Origin: Pirellulales bacterium
Lineage (GTDB): Bacteria; Planctomycetota; Planctomycetia; Pirellulales; JAICIG01
Length of the DNA stretch: 42,560 nt
Assembly (NCBI GenBank): GCA_035547635.1
Contig: DASZUP010000583.1
Coordinates: forward strand, 1-42,560
Direction: 5' to 3'
Part shown: positions 25,236 to 33,172 of the stretch, in pieces
Numbering within the stretch: the first letter of the stretch is position 1
Layout of the letters: each line of letters opens with the position of its first letter
The notes under the pieces: generated by a model
The model's database searches: none
Seen by the model: the letters and a program-made list of their open reading frames with translations, nothing else
Told to the model about the DNA's origin: nothing
Program-made: the position numbers and the translations under genes

Positions 25236-26002
25236 GATTTCTCGGTTTCCTTTCGGCCTGCCGCCTGCGGAGCGCGCTGATCGATGGCTTGCCACAGTTC
25301 GGCCACGCCCTGACCGCTGGAAGCGACGACGGCGAAGATCGGCGCCGGCGGCTTGCCTCCGAGCGACAATGCCGACAACAGTTGTTGCCGCAGGCGGTCG
25401 GCGCCGGGCAGGTCGGCTTTGTTGACGACGATCAGGTCGGCGATTTCGATCAGTCCGGCCTTTTCCCACTGCACTTCGTCGCCGCTGTTCGGCGTGACGA
25501 GCAGCGCCAGCACGTCGACGAACGGCCGCACGCCAATCTGGTCCTGGCCGACGCCGACGGTCTCAACGATGATTACATCGAAGCCGAACGCCTTGAGCCA
25601 CTCAATCGCCGGTCCGACCGCGGTGGAAACGCCCCCCTGCGCTCCGCGAGTCGAGAGGCTGCGGAAGTAAACGCCCTCGTCGTCGGGGTCGAAGCGCACG
25701 CGCACGCGATCGCCCAACAAGGCGCCGCCGGTCAGTGGGCTCTGCGGATCGCAGGCCAGTACGGCGACCGTCCGTCCTTGCGAACGGAGATGGGCAATCG
25801 ATGCCCCGACCAGCGTGCTCTTGCCCGCTCCCCCACTGCCGGTAAAGCCGACGACGAAAGGAGCGGAAACGGACGGCCGCAGCTCAGGCGCCGGCAACAG
25901 TGACTCGTCAGGGCGCGTTTCGACTTGCGAGATGATCTCGGCCAGCGCGCGACGATCGCGACGAGTGAAGCGGTCGAGCAGATCAGCGGAGAGTTCGGTC
26001 AT
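25232..26002 (-). CDS. MeaB/ArgK-like G3E-family GTPase (short, 256 aa)
   Basis: Walker A 'GSGGAGKST', 'CDPQSPLTGGALLGDRVRV', 'ETVGVGQDQ', 'VVNKADL'. Start at ATG 26002 overlaps the upstream stop (ATGA 25999-26002). The C-terminal region after NKAD is only ~60 aa. Confidence 0.88.
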   Translation of the reverse strand: MTELSADLLDRFTRRDRRALAEIISQVETRPDESLLPAPELRPSVSAPFVVGFTGSGGAGKSTLVGASIAHLRSQGRTVAVLACDPQSPLTGGALLGDRVRVRFDPDDEGVYFRSLSTRGAQGGVSTAVGPAIEWLKAFGFDVIIVETVGVGQDQIGVRPFVDVLALLVTPNSGDEVQWEKAGLIEIADLIVVNKADLPGADRLRQQLLSALSLGGKPPAPIFAVVASSGQGVAELWQAIDQRAPQAAGRKETEKS

Positions 26003-27462
26003 CGTTCCAGCGGAAACAGCGGACGACGGCGGCGACGGTAAGGCAACTGCGAAAAGTCGTGGACCAGAATTCCGGCGGCGTCGACGTTGTAGATCGAACC
26101 GGCCAGCTTCTCGAAGCCCGAGCGGAAATGGGCCGACGACTTCAGTCCAATATACCGCAGTTTGGCGCAATCTACGCCCAGCGTGCGGGCAAAGGCCGGA
26201 TCGAGCGGCTGCTCGCGCTTGGTGACGGCGACGACCAACACGCCATCGACCTGCAACAATGCGCTCGGTCCCATGTTGCCCGTCAGCCCGGCATACATCG
26301 GTCCGTCGTAGGCGAATTTGCCGTCCGTAAGCGCAATGACTTCGGCTTCGCATTCAACCGGCGGCCCTTGCCGCGGGTCGGACTTTCCGCCCAAGCGCAA
26401 GGAGATTTTAGCGCCAACTCCGGCTGCCTGCGCCAAGGCGATCGACTCCAGGTCGACCATGTAGAGAATCAGGGCGTCACGGAGTCCCATTTCCAGAAAC
26501 GTGCGCAGCACTTCGGTGGAATCGCCCGGGGCGCCGCCGCCCGTATTGTCGGTTTGATCGGCCAGCAGGATGGGGTAGCGCCCGGCCTGTTCGCCGGCCG
26601 CCAAGGCTTCGCGCACGCTCATGGGCGGCGTGTGCCAACGCTCGCGATGCTCCCAGACCCAATCGCCCAGTTCATCGGCCGCCGCGCGAGCCAGCGTCTC
26701 ATCGCCGTCGGCCACCGCGATAACCGACACGCCTACATCCGGAACGTCGGCCCAGGGAAAGCCGGTGGCGATGGTGACGGAGATCATGCCAGGACGCTGC
26801 TCGAGCTCGTGAACGCGGCGCAGCACCTCGTCCATCGGCGGATGGGCCGTCACCTGGCAGCGCGTGCCCCAGAACATCGGCAGTTGTCGCAGGGCCATCT
26901 TGGGACGGAGTTCGCCGCGCAAAGCCCCGACGATGATGTCGGCCGCCTCTCGCCCCCGTTCCCCCATGTCGACGTGCGGATAGGTGTCGTAGCCGACAAT
27001 CGCATCGGCGGCGGCCACGCGCAACGGCGTATGATTGCCGTGCAAATCCTGGGCGACCACGATCGGCTTGTCGCCGACTTCGCGCCGCACGGAGGCGATG
27101 AAATCGCCGTCGCCGTCTTCAATGCCTTCAACGACCATCGCCCCGTGCAGGTCCAGCAACACGCCGTCGACAGCGCCGGCCCGTTGCAAGCGTTCCAGAA
27201 ATTCTTGCTTGAGCGAGTCATAGGCCGCTCGTTCGATCAGTCCGCTGGGATACGCGAAACCCCACAACAGGGGCACGGCCTCGAAGCCGTGCTTTTCAGC
27301 GCCGTCAAGAAAGCCGCCGATGCACATGTTGGCCCCGCGGAAGCGCTGGAAAATCTCCGGTCCGCGATAGATGCCAAAGCCATTTTCGAAGTCTTGCAGG
27401 GTGGTCGGCGTGCTGATGAAGGTGCTCGTTTCGTGCAGTACGCCCCCGACGGCAATTCGCAT
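25999..27462 (-). CDS. M81-family metallopeptidase (MlrC / microcystinase C-like)
   Basis: 'MRIAVGGVLHETSTF...', 'VDGVLLDLHGAMV', 'VAQDLHGN', and a C-terminal MlrC_C-like 'PSALLQVDGVLVVAVTKREQPLDPAF...LKSSAHFR'. Confidence 0.85.
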   Translation of the reverse strand: MRIAVGGVLHETSTFISTPTTLQDFENGFGIYRGPEIFQRFRGANMCIGGFLDGAEKHGFEAVPLLWGFAYPSGLIERAAYDSLKQEFLERLQRAGAVDGVLLDLHGAMVVEGIEDGDGDFIASVRREVGDKPIVVAQDLHGNHTPLRVAAADAIVGYDTYPHVDMGERGREAADIIVGALRGELRPKMALRQLPMFWGTRCQVTAHPPMDEVLRRVHELEQRPGMISVTIATGFPWADVPDVGVSVIAVADGDETLARAAADELGDWVWEHRERWHTPPMSVREALAAGEQAGRYPILLADQTDNTGGGAPGDSTEVLRTFLEMGLRDALILYMVDLESIALAQAAGVGAKISLRLGGKSDPRQGPPVECEAEVIALTDGKFAYDGPMYAGLTGNMGPSALLQVDGVLVVAVTKREQPLDPAFARTLGVDCAKLRYIGLKSSAHFRSGFEKLAGSIYNVDAAGILVHDFSQLPYRRRRRPLFPLER

Positions 27463-27630
27463 GCAAGTGAGTCCCGTTTGTGGTGGAAGGTTCTTGCCGG
27501 CGGCACAAGCGAGGCCGCTTCTGGCGCCGCGGCTTTTTAAGCCCCGCGGCCCCTAGCATAACATCTGAACGGCCCTGCAGTTATACTGAAGAAACGGTTT
27601 CCCCAAGCAGAGTTTCAACAGGAACAAGGC

Positions 27631-28089
27631 GTGCACGAAGCGTTTATGCGGCTGGCGTACCAAGAAGCCCAGCAGGCCCTCGAAGAAGACGAAGTGCCGG
27701 TCGGCGCGGTGATTATCCACGGCGAACGGGTAATTGCCTCGGCCCACAACCAGCGCGAGTGCCTGCGCGATCCGACGGCGCACGCGGAAATGATCGCTAT
27801 CACCCAGGCGGCCGAAGCGCTGGGTAGCTGGCGGCTGGACGAGTGCATCCTGTACGTCACGCTCGAGCCGTGTCCGATGTGCGCCGGGGCGATCCTGCAA
27901 GCTCGAATTCCCTGGGTCGTTTACGGGGCTCTCGATCCCAAGGCGGGCGCCGTACACACGTTGTACCAGTTGCTGGCCGACCCGCGGCTGAACCATCGTT
28001 GTCAGACGATCAGCGGAGTGCTGGCCGAACCGTGCGGCGAGATCCTCTCGCGTTTCTTTCAGCAAAAGCGTGCGCTTGGCAAAAAGTGA
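27631..28089 (+). CDS. tadA: tRNA adenosine(34) deaminase
   Basis: '[11 protein letters not shown]' and '[15 protein letters not shown]' (H-A-E ... PCxxC). GTG at 27631, with an alternative ATG at 27646. Confidence 0.93.
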   Translation: MHEAFMRLAYQEAQQALEEDEVPVGAVIIHGERVIASAHNQRECLRDPTAHAEMIAITQAAEALGSWRLDECILYVTLEPCPMCAGAILQARIPWVVYGALDPKAGAVHTLYQLLADPRLNHRCQTISGVLAEPCGEILSRFFQQKRALGKK

Positions 28090-28169
28090 TTGCAGGCGTC
28101 CGTCCCCAGGTTCTTGTCGTTTCCTCATGCTTCCGTCTCGTCCGTCGCTCAGTTCCGGAGTTCATCTCA

Positions 28170-29054
28170 ATGCCCGCGTTCAATCGTCGCACGTTTCTCG
28201 GTTCCACTGCCGCGTTAGCTTCGCTGCCCGCCTTGACGGCGGCGGCCGAACAGGCGGAATCTGCAACTCTCTTCGGCAAAACGCCGCACACGAAGTTCGC
28301 GGTCAACATCGAGATGTGGTGGAACAAGCTCGATTTCCTGGATCGCATCCGGGCGGCGGCCTCGTTCGGTTATCCGGCCTTCGAATTCTGGCCCTGGCGC
28401 AAGCGAGATATCGACGCCATCGCCAACTTGTCGCGCGAATTGGGGATTGAAGTTGCACAATTCACCGCCTGGGGCTTCGAGCCGGGCATGAACGATCCCA
28501 AGAACCACGATGCTGTCGTCAAAGAGATCGAGGCCAGTTGCCAGACGGCCAACAAGCTCAACTGCAAGAAAATGTGCGTAGTCGGCGGCAACGATCAGCC
28601 GGGCATGACTCAAGAGCAAATGCACGAGAACATCATCAAGGCGCTGAAACGCGTCGCGCCGATCGCGGAAAAGTACGACGTGATGTTGATCCTCGAGCCG
28701 ATGAACATTCGCGTCGACCACAAGGGGCATTGCCTGTACGGCAGCCCGGCCGCCGTGCACATCTGCCGCGAGGTCGGCTCCACGCACGTCAAAATCAACT
28801 GGGACCTGTACCACATGCAGATCAGCGAAGGCGATCTGTGCGGCCATTTGAAAGACGGTTTCGACCAGGTCGGCTACCTGCAACTGGCCGATCATCCGGG
28901 CCGCAACGAACCCGGCACGGGCGAGATCCACTACAACCGCGTGCTGCGGCAGGCGTATGAACTCGGCTATCGAGACTTTGTCGGCTTGGAATGCCGCCCC
29001 AAGACGACCGAACTTGCCGCCGCCCAAGGCGTCGCAGCGGCTGACGCCTGGTAG
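28170..29054 (+). CDS. Tat-exported xylose isomerase-like TIM-barrel protein (hydroxypyruvate isomerase / sugar-phosphate isomerase-epimerase family)
   Basis: Twin-arginine signal 'MPAFNRRTFLGSTAALASLPALTAAA'. Then 'KFAVNIEMWW...FGYPAFEFWPW...LILEPMN...DLYHMQISEGDL...LQLADHPGRNEPGTGEI', which is Hyi-like. Confidence 0.82.
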   Translation: MPAFNRRTFLGSTAALASLPALTAAAEQAESATLFGKTPHTKFAVNIEMWWNKLDFLDRIRAAASFGYPAFEFWPWRKRDIDAIANLSRELGIEVAQFTAWGFEPGMNDPKNHDAVVKEIEASCQTANKLNCKKMCVVGGNDQPGMTQEQMHENIIKALKRVAPIAEKYDVMLILEPMNIRVDHKGHCLYGSPAAVHICREVGSTHVKINWDLYHMQISEGDLCGHLKDGFDQVGYLQLADHPGRNEPGTGEIHYNRVLRQAYELGYRDFVGLECRPKTTELAAAQGVAAADAW

Positions 29055-29062
29055 TCTCGAAG

Positions 29063-30316
29063 CTACTTGCGGCGAAAAATTCGTTTCGCCTCGTGCAGCG
29101 CTTCGCCCAGCCGATCCACTTCGGCCAGCGTGTTGTAGCAGTAGAAGCTGGCGCGGGCGCTGGCGTTCACGCCCAGCCGCTTGTGCAACGGCATCGTGCA
29201 ATGGTGCCCGGCACGGACGGCAATGCCCTGGCGATCGAGCAGTTGGGCGATGTCGTGCGCGTGAATGCCTTCGAGCGTAAAGCTCACGATGCCCGCCTTT
29301 TTCTCCGGGGCGGGGCCGAGGAAGCGGATGCCGCCGAGGGATTCGAGGACTTCGTGAGCGCGGACGGTTAATAGACGTTCGTGCTCGTGAATGGCGTCCA
29401 GGCCAATGCGACTGATGTAATCGAGTGCCGCGCCCAGTCCAATCGCAGGCACGATCGGCGGCGTGCCGGCCTCGAACTTGGCGGGCAGATCGGCCGGCTC
29501 GAAGCCGTCGAGCCTGACGCGGCGAATCATGCTGCCGCCGCCCAAAAACGGCGGCATGGCTTCCAGCAGCTCGCGTTTGCCGTACAGGATGCCCACGCCG
29601 GAAGGACCCATCAGCTTATGGCCGCTGAAGGCCAGGAAGTCGGCGTCCAAATCTTGCACGTCGGTAACCTGGTGCGGAGCACTCTGGGCGGCGTCGACCA
29701 GCACGACCGCCCCAGCCGCGTGGGCCTGGCGAACGATCTCTTTGACCGGATTGATCGTCCCCAGCACGTTTGAAACCGAGGCGATGGCGACCAGCTTCGT
29801 TTTCGGGCCGAGCAACTCGGGAAGTTTGTCGAGTTCCAACAGGCCGTCGTCCGTGATCGGGATGTGTCGCAGCACGGCGCCGGTCCGCGCGGCCAACTGC
29901 TGCCAGGGCACCAGGTTCGAGTGGTGCTCCATGACGCTCAGCAGAATCTCGTCGCCGGCGCGTACGTTGGCGTCGCCCCAACTGCGGGCCACCAGGTTAA
30001 TGCCTTCCGTGGTTCCGTAGGTGAACAGCACCTCTTCTCGCTGCGACGCGTTGATGAACGCCCGGGCCTTTTCGCGGGCCTCTTCGTAGAGATCGGTGCT
30101 TTGATCGCTGAGCCAGTGAATCCCGCGATGGACGTTGGCGTATTGCTTTTCGTAGACGTCGACCAGCGCCTGGATGACCTGCCGCGGCCGCTGCGTCGTC
30201 GCGGCGTTGTCCAGATACGCGAGCGGCTTGTCGCCGTGCAAAATGGTGGAGAGGATCGGGAAATCGGCGCGCACCACTTCGGGATCGAGCGGAAGCGCGG
30301 TCTGCAAAGCACTCAT
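29063..30316 (-). CDS. sufS: cysteine desulfurase, SufS type
   Basis: 'YLDNAATTQRP', PLP lysine 'FSGHKLMGPSGVGILYG', and active-site 'RAGHHCTMPL'. ATG 30316 has AGGAG 6 nt upstream. Confidence 0.93.
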   Translation of the reverse strand: MSALQTALPLDPEVVRADFPILSTILHGDKPLAYLDNAATTQRPRQVIQALVDVYEKQYANVHRGIHWLSDQSTDLYEEAREKARAFINASQREEVLFTYGTTEGINLVARSWGDANVRAGDEILLSVMEHHSNLVPWQQLAARTGAVLRHIPITDDGLLELDKLPELLGPKTKLVAIASVSNVLGTINPVKEIVRQAHAAGAVVLVDAAQSAPHQVTDVQDLDADFLAFSGHKLMGPSGVGILYGKRELLEAMPPFLGGGSMIRRVRLDGFEPADLPAKFEAGTPPIVPAIGLGAALDYISRIGLDAIHEHERLLTVRAHEVLESLGGIRFLGPAPEKKAGIVSFTLEGIHAHDIAQLLDRQGIAVRAGHHCTMPLHKRLGVNASARASFYCYNTLAEVDRLGEALHEAKRIFRRK

Positions 30317-30474
30317 CAATAGCTCCTGCGGCATGGCCGGCGAGCGCCACAAGCCTTGCTATGGCCGCCGTTGAATGATAATTGAGAGGTCAACTGTTCC
30401 GTCTGCCGTCCTGCGGACACGGTGGTTCTGGCGCCACGCTCGGCGCAGAAGGAAAACAGATGGTGGAACCGCGA

Positions 30475-30903
30475 TTAGTGGCAAGCGCGGCCATTGCCGG
30501 GTTTTTCATCAGCCGGCCCGTTTTTGGGAGAATAGATGGCGGATTGCAAAACCCGCCAGGACAGTAGGCAACACTTCTGGCGATTCGGCGTCAGTTTGGC
30601 CCCGAACAGCTTGAGCATGTCGTCGGCGGTGAAATTCTTGACGTCTTCCACCGTTTTGCCGTCGAGCTCCTCGAGCAGCATCGAGGCCGAGGCCTGGCTG
30701 ATGCAGCAGCCGTCGCCGTCGAAGTACGCCTCCTTGATGTGGCCGGCTTCGTCGATGGCCAGGTCGATGTGGACGAAGTCGCCGCACAGAGGATTGTCGT
30801 CCTCGTGCGCATGCGTCGCGTGCTCGACCCGGCCGCGATGATAAGGTTCTTCGTAATGTTCCAGGATGCGTTCCTGGTACAGTTCGTCTTCGTCCGCGGG
30901 CAT
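30475..30903 (-). CDS. sufU: SufU/IscU-like Fe-S cluster assembly sulfur acceptor
   Basis: 'YQERILEHYEEPYH', 'NPLCGD', 'DGDGCCISQASASML', 'RQKCCLLSW'. These are the three conserved Cys blocks of SufU. Confidence 0.9.
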   Translation of the reverse strand: MPADEDELYQERILEHYEEPYHRGRVEHATHAHEDDNPLCGDFVHIDLAIDEAGHIKEAYFDGDGCCISQASASMLLEELDGKTVEDVKNFTADDMLKLFGAKLTPNRQKCCLLSWRVLQSAIYSPKNGPADEKPGNGRACH

Positions 30904-31148
30904 GGGAAACCGGGAAGGATTGATTCCTGGGTGGGCCGCAACGCGGAGCGGAGCGGCGGCTCGGCGCCAAGCGCTCCCGGTGGCGGGGGGCGGCTCGGCG
31001 CCACAAATGACTCTATCCAGAGTGTAGGCGCCGGCCCTTCGCTCGACAACCGCCCGAAAGGCCCCAACCGAGGGAGCGTTGCCGCGGCGACGCTCTGGCT
31101 GGGACGTGCCAACGCGGCTTGGCGCCGCAACGTTCGCCGCCGCTGCGA

Positions 31149-31499
31149 TCAGGAAAGCTCTGGACCCTGCTGCGTCGGCCAGGGCCTCTTGCCAGCGAAC
31201 GTCTCGGCGTTGGCGGCGCCTTGACCGCGGCGCACTTTTTCTATCAGCGAGCGACAGATGCGACGGGCAAGTTCCCTTTCTGATTCGTGACCGGGCGGCT
31301 CGTCGAGGTCAAAAAACTGGCTCAGGGCGGATTCCGCTTCGCCCTTGCTCGCAGCGCGGTTTTTCCGCTGCGAGCGAGTATGCCGGACAATGAGCTCCAC
31401 TAGCGGCGCCACCTCGCGATTGAACGCTTCCTGGGCGTCGGCGTCTCCCGCGGCGACTTTCCGGCAGAGCTCGCGCAATGCATCGTCTTCAGCGGCCAT
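31149..31499 (-). CDS. hypothetical protein (117 aa) with a sigma-region-2-like N-terminal stretch only
   Basis: ATG 31499. 'LRELCRKVAAGDADAQEAFNREVAPLVELIVRH' resembles the start of sigma70 region 2. No region 4 or HTH follows. Weak call. Confidence 0.45.
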   Translation of the reverse strand: MAAEDDALRELCRKVAAGDADAQEAFNREVAPLVELIVRHTRSQRKNRAASKGEAESALSQFFDLDEPPGHESERELARRICRSLIEKVRRGQGAANAETFAGKRPWPTQQGPELS

Positions 31500-31649
31500 T
31501 TGGGACGTCCTTGCAGATTGGGCGAAAGGCAGAATTTCGCTTCCGTTGCTCGTCGAGTCCAGGCGAGGGCAGACCGCCGGAACCGGTCGTCCGGCGGGTT
31601 GCAAAAATCTCTGTCCGTCAGCGGAGCAACGGGAACGAACTAAACGCGG

Positions 31650-32813
31650 TTACATGGACCAGACGTAGGCATAAGCGGGCCCTGACGACTCGCCCCAGGA
31701 GTTCGTCGCAACAACCGTGAGCTGACCGTTGGCATTCTCCGGAAGTGGAATGGAAATCGTGAATGTGTCGTCCTGCGCGGTCGTTGTCACGGAAGACTCG
31801 CCGCTATAGATGCCGCTGATGTTCAGCGTGAATGTACCCGCGAAGTCGTAGATCTCCCCTGTCAACTCCCAAGCGACGAACTGATTGGATTGATTGTAGA
31901 TTGGAACAGCGTTCAGACTGCCGATGCTGGGAACGCTGCCCAAAACCGTCGTCGTGGAAGTGGAGGACGTCTGGCCCCACACGTCCGTGGCCGAAGCCGA
32001 AAGACTGCCTTCTCCGGAGGCATCGGCCGTGAGGCTGAAGTTGCCGTAGGAATCGGCCGTAGCCGTCCCGCTGGCCACGCCCGAGATCGTCACCGTGGCG
32101 CCGTTGGGGACTCCGGCGGTGACCTGGCCGTAAACCGTGATTTCCTGATTGGAACCGGTGGGTTCGCTCCAGAAGCTGACCGTCGGCGGATCGCTGCTGA
32201 GCGTTGAATCGGCCTCGGACGACGAAACGCCCCACGCGTCGCTGGTTGTAGCGGCGACATTGCCCAACGCCGAAGCCGTCGTTTCCAAGCTGAAGTTCCC
32301 TGACGAGTCCGTCGTGACCGAACCGGAAACGACGCCTGAAAAGCTGACCGACAACCCGCCCGGAGATTCGTCCTGCACCATGCCGGAGATCTGCACGTTC
32401 TTGCCGTCCCCGGTAGGCATGACGGAGAACCAAAGCGACGGCGCATCGTTGGCGATCGTGGTCGTCGCTGCGTCCGAGGACAGGCCGGTTCCGGCGTCGC
32501 TGGCCACGGCTTCCAGCGTGCTCAGGCTGGAAGCGCTGCCGCTGTAGCTGAAGTTTCCGCCGGAATCCACCGACACGTTCGCCGTCAGCGGACCGCTAAG
32601 CGCCACCGAGAGCGCCCCCGCGTTGGGGTCGAAGTCCGACACGTGGCCGGACACGTTGACGGTCTGCCCCGAGCCGACGGAGGCTTCGAAATAATCGATC
32701 ATGGGCGCTGATGATAATACATAACGTTTTTCTAGCGACTCAAACTTTTTTCTGGGCCTGTTGCGGCGTGATGGCTTGACCGCACGGCGACGAAACAGCA
32801 GCGCAAACAGCAT
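31650..32813 (-). CDS. secreted repeat protein: basic N-terminus with an 'LEKRYVLSS' motif followed by four ~85-aa Ser/Thr/Gly-rich Ig-like repeats
   Basis: ATG 32813 with GGAG 7 nt upstream; the track ORF begins at a TTG at 32819. Each repeat carries 'V.(I/V)SG.V......G..V..SG..SG..T.DS.GNFSL....S..G...A.A.D.WG..SS'. Visibly lower GC and different codon usage than the flanks. Confidence 0.8.
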   Translation of the reverse strand: MLFALLFRRRAVKPSRRNRPRKKFESLEKRYVLSSAPMIDYFEASVGSGQTVNVSGHVSDFDPNAGALSVALSGPLTANVSVDSGGNFSYSGSASSLSTLEAVASDAGTGLSSDAATTTIANDAPSLWFSVMPTGDGKNVQISGMVQDESPGGLSVSFSGVVSGSVTTDSSGNFSLETTASALGNVAATTSDAWGVSSSEADSTLSSDPPTVSFWSEPTGSNQEITVYGQVTAGVPNGATVTISGVASGTATADSYGNFSLTADASGEGSLSASATDVWGQTSSTSTTTVLGSVPSIGSLNAVPIYNQSNQFVAWELTGEIYDFAGTFTLNISGIYSGESSVTTTAQDDTFTISIPLPENANGQLTVVATNSWGESSGPAYAYVWSM

Positions 32814-33139
32814 CTTCAATCTCCGGAAAAACGAGAGAGACGAAAAACAGACTCGCCCCGCAGCAGGTGCGCTCCGCGCCGCCCCCGAAAAGAATCGCGG
32901 AGGTTCGGCGCCGGTCTCTTCGTTTGTACGAGGGAACGCGCCGCAAGTCGGCGACCATGAACCGGCCTCAAGCGCCGGTCAGGAATGCCGCCGAATTAAC
33001 AATCGAGAATGCCCCCGGAAACCCGACATCGAAAACGATCGAGGGGCGGGTCGCCGCATTCAGTGGAGAAGGCCAACGAGACGTGGGAAGAATGGCTATT
33101 AAGAGTCTACTACGTAAAGCGGGGCGTGGCGCCGCGGGA

Positions 33140-33161
33140 CCGCGAAAATAGCCGTTCGCGG
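33140..33161 (-). terminator. stem-loop 12 nt downstream of the kinase stop (candidate terminator)
   Basis: 'ccgcgaa aatagccg ttcgcgg' forms a 7-bp perfect stem with an 8-nt loop. An outer gccgcg/cgcggc pair extends it. No clear U-tract. Confidence 0.35.
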
Positions 33162-33172
33162 CGGCAATGCGA

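Noticed and set aside
31149-31499. Annotating this ORF as a third sigma factor.
   Set aside because: Only ~30 aa resemble the start of region 2. The protein is 117 aa and lacks region 2.4 and region 4 HTH motifs, so I kept it as hypothetical.
32820-33172. An ECF-type promoter (GGAAC-N16/17-CGT) upstream of the repeat-protein gene, and likewise upstream of the sigma gene at 19639-19783.
   Set aside because: Only loose partial matches were found by eye, for example 'cggaacgatattcttccccgacag' at about 19673. The spacing and the -10 element are not convincing without a genome-wide motif model.
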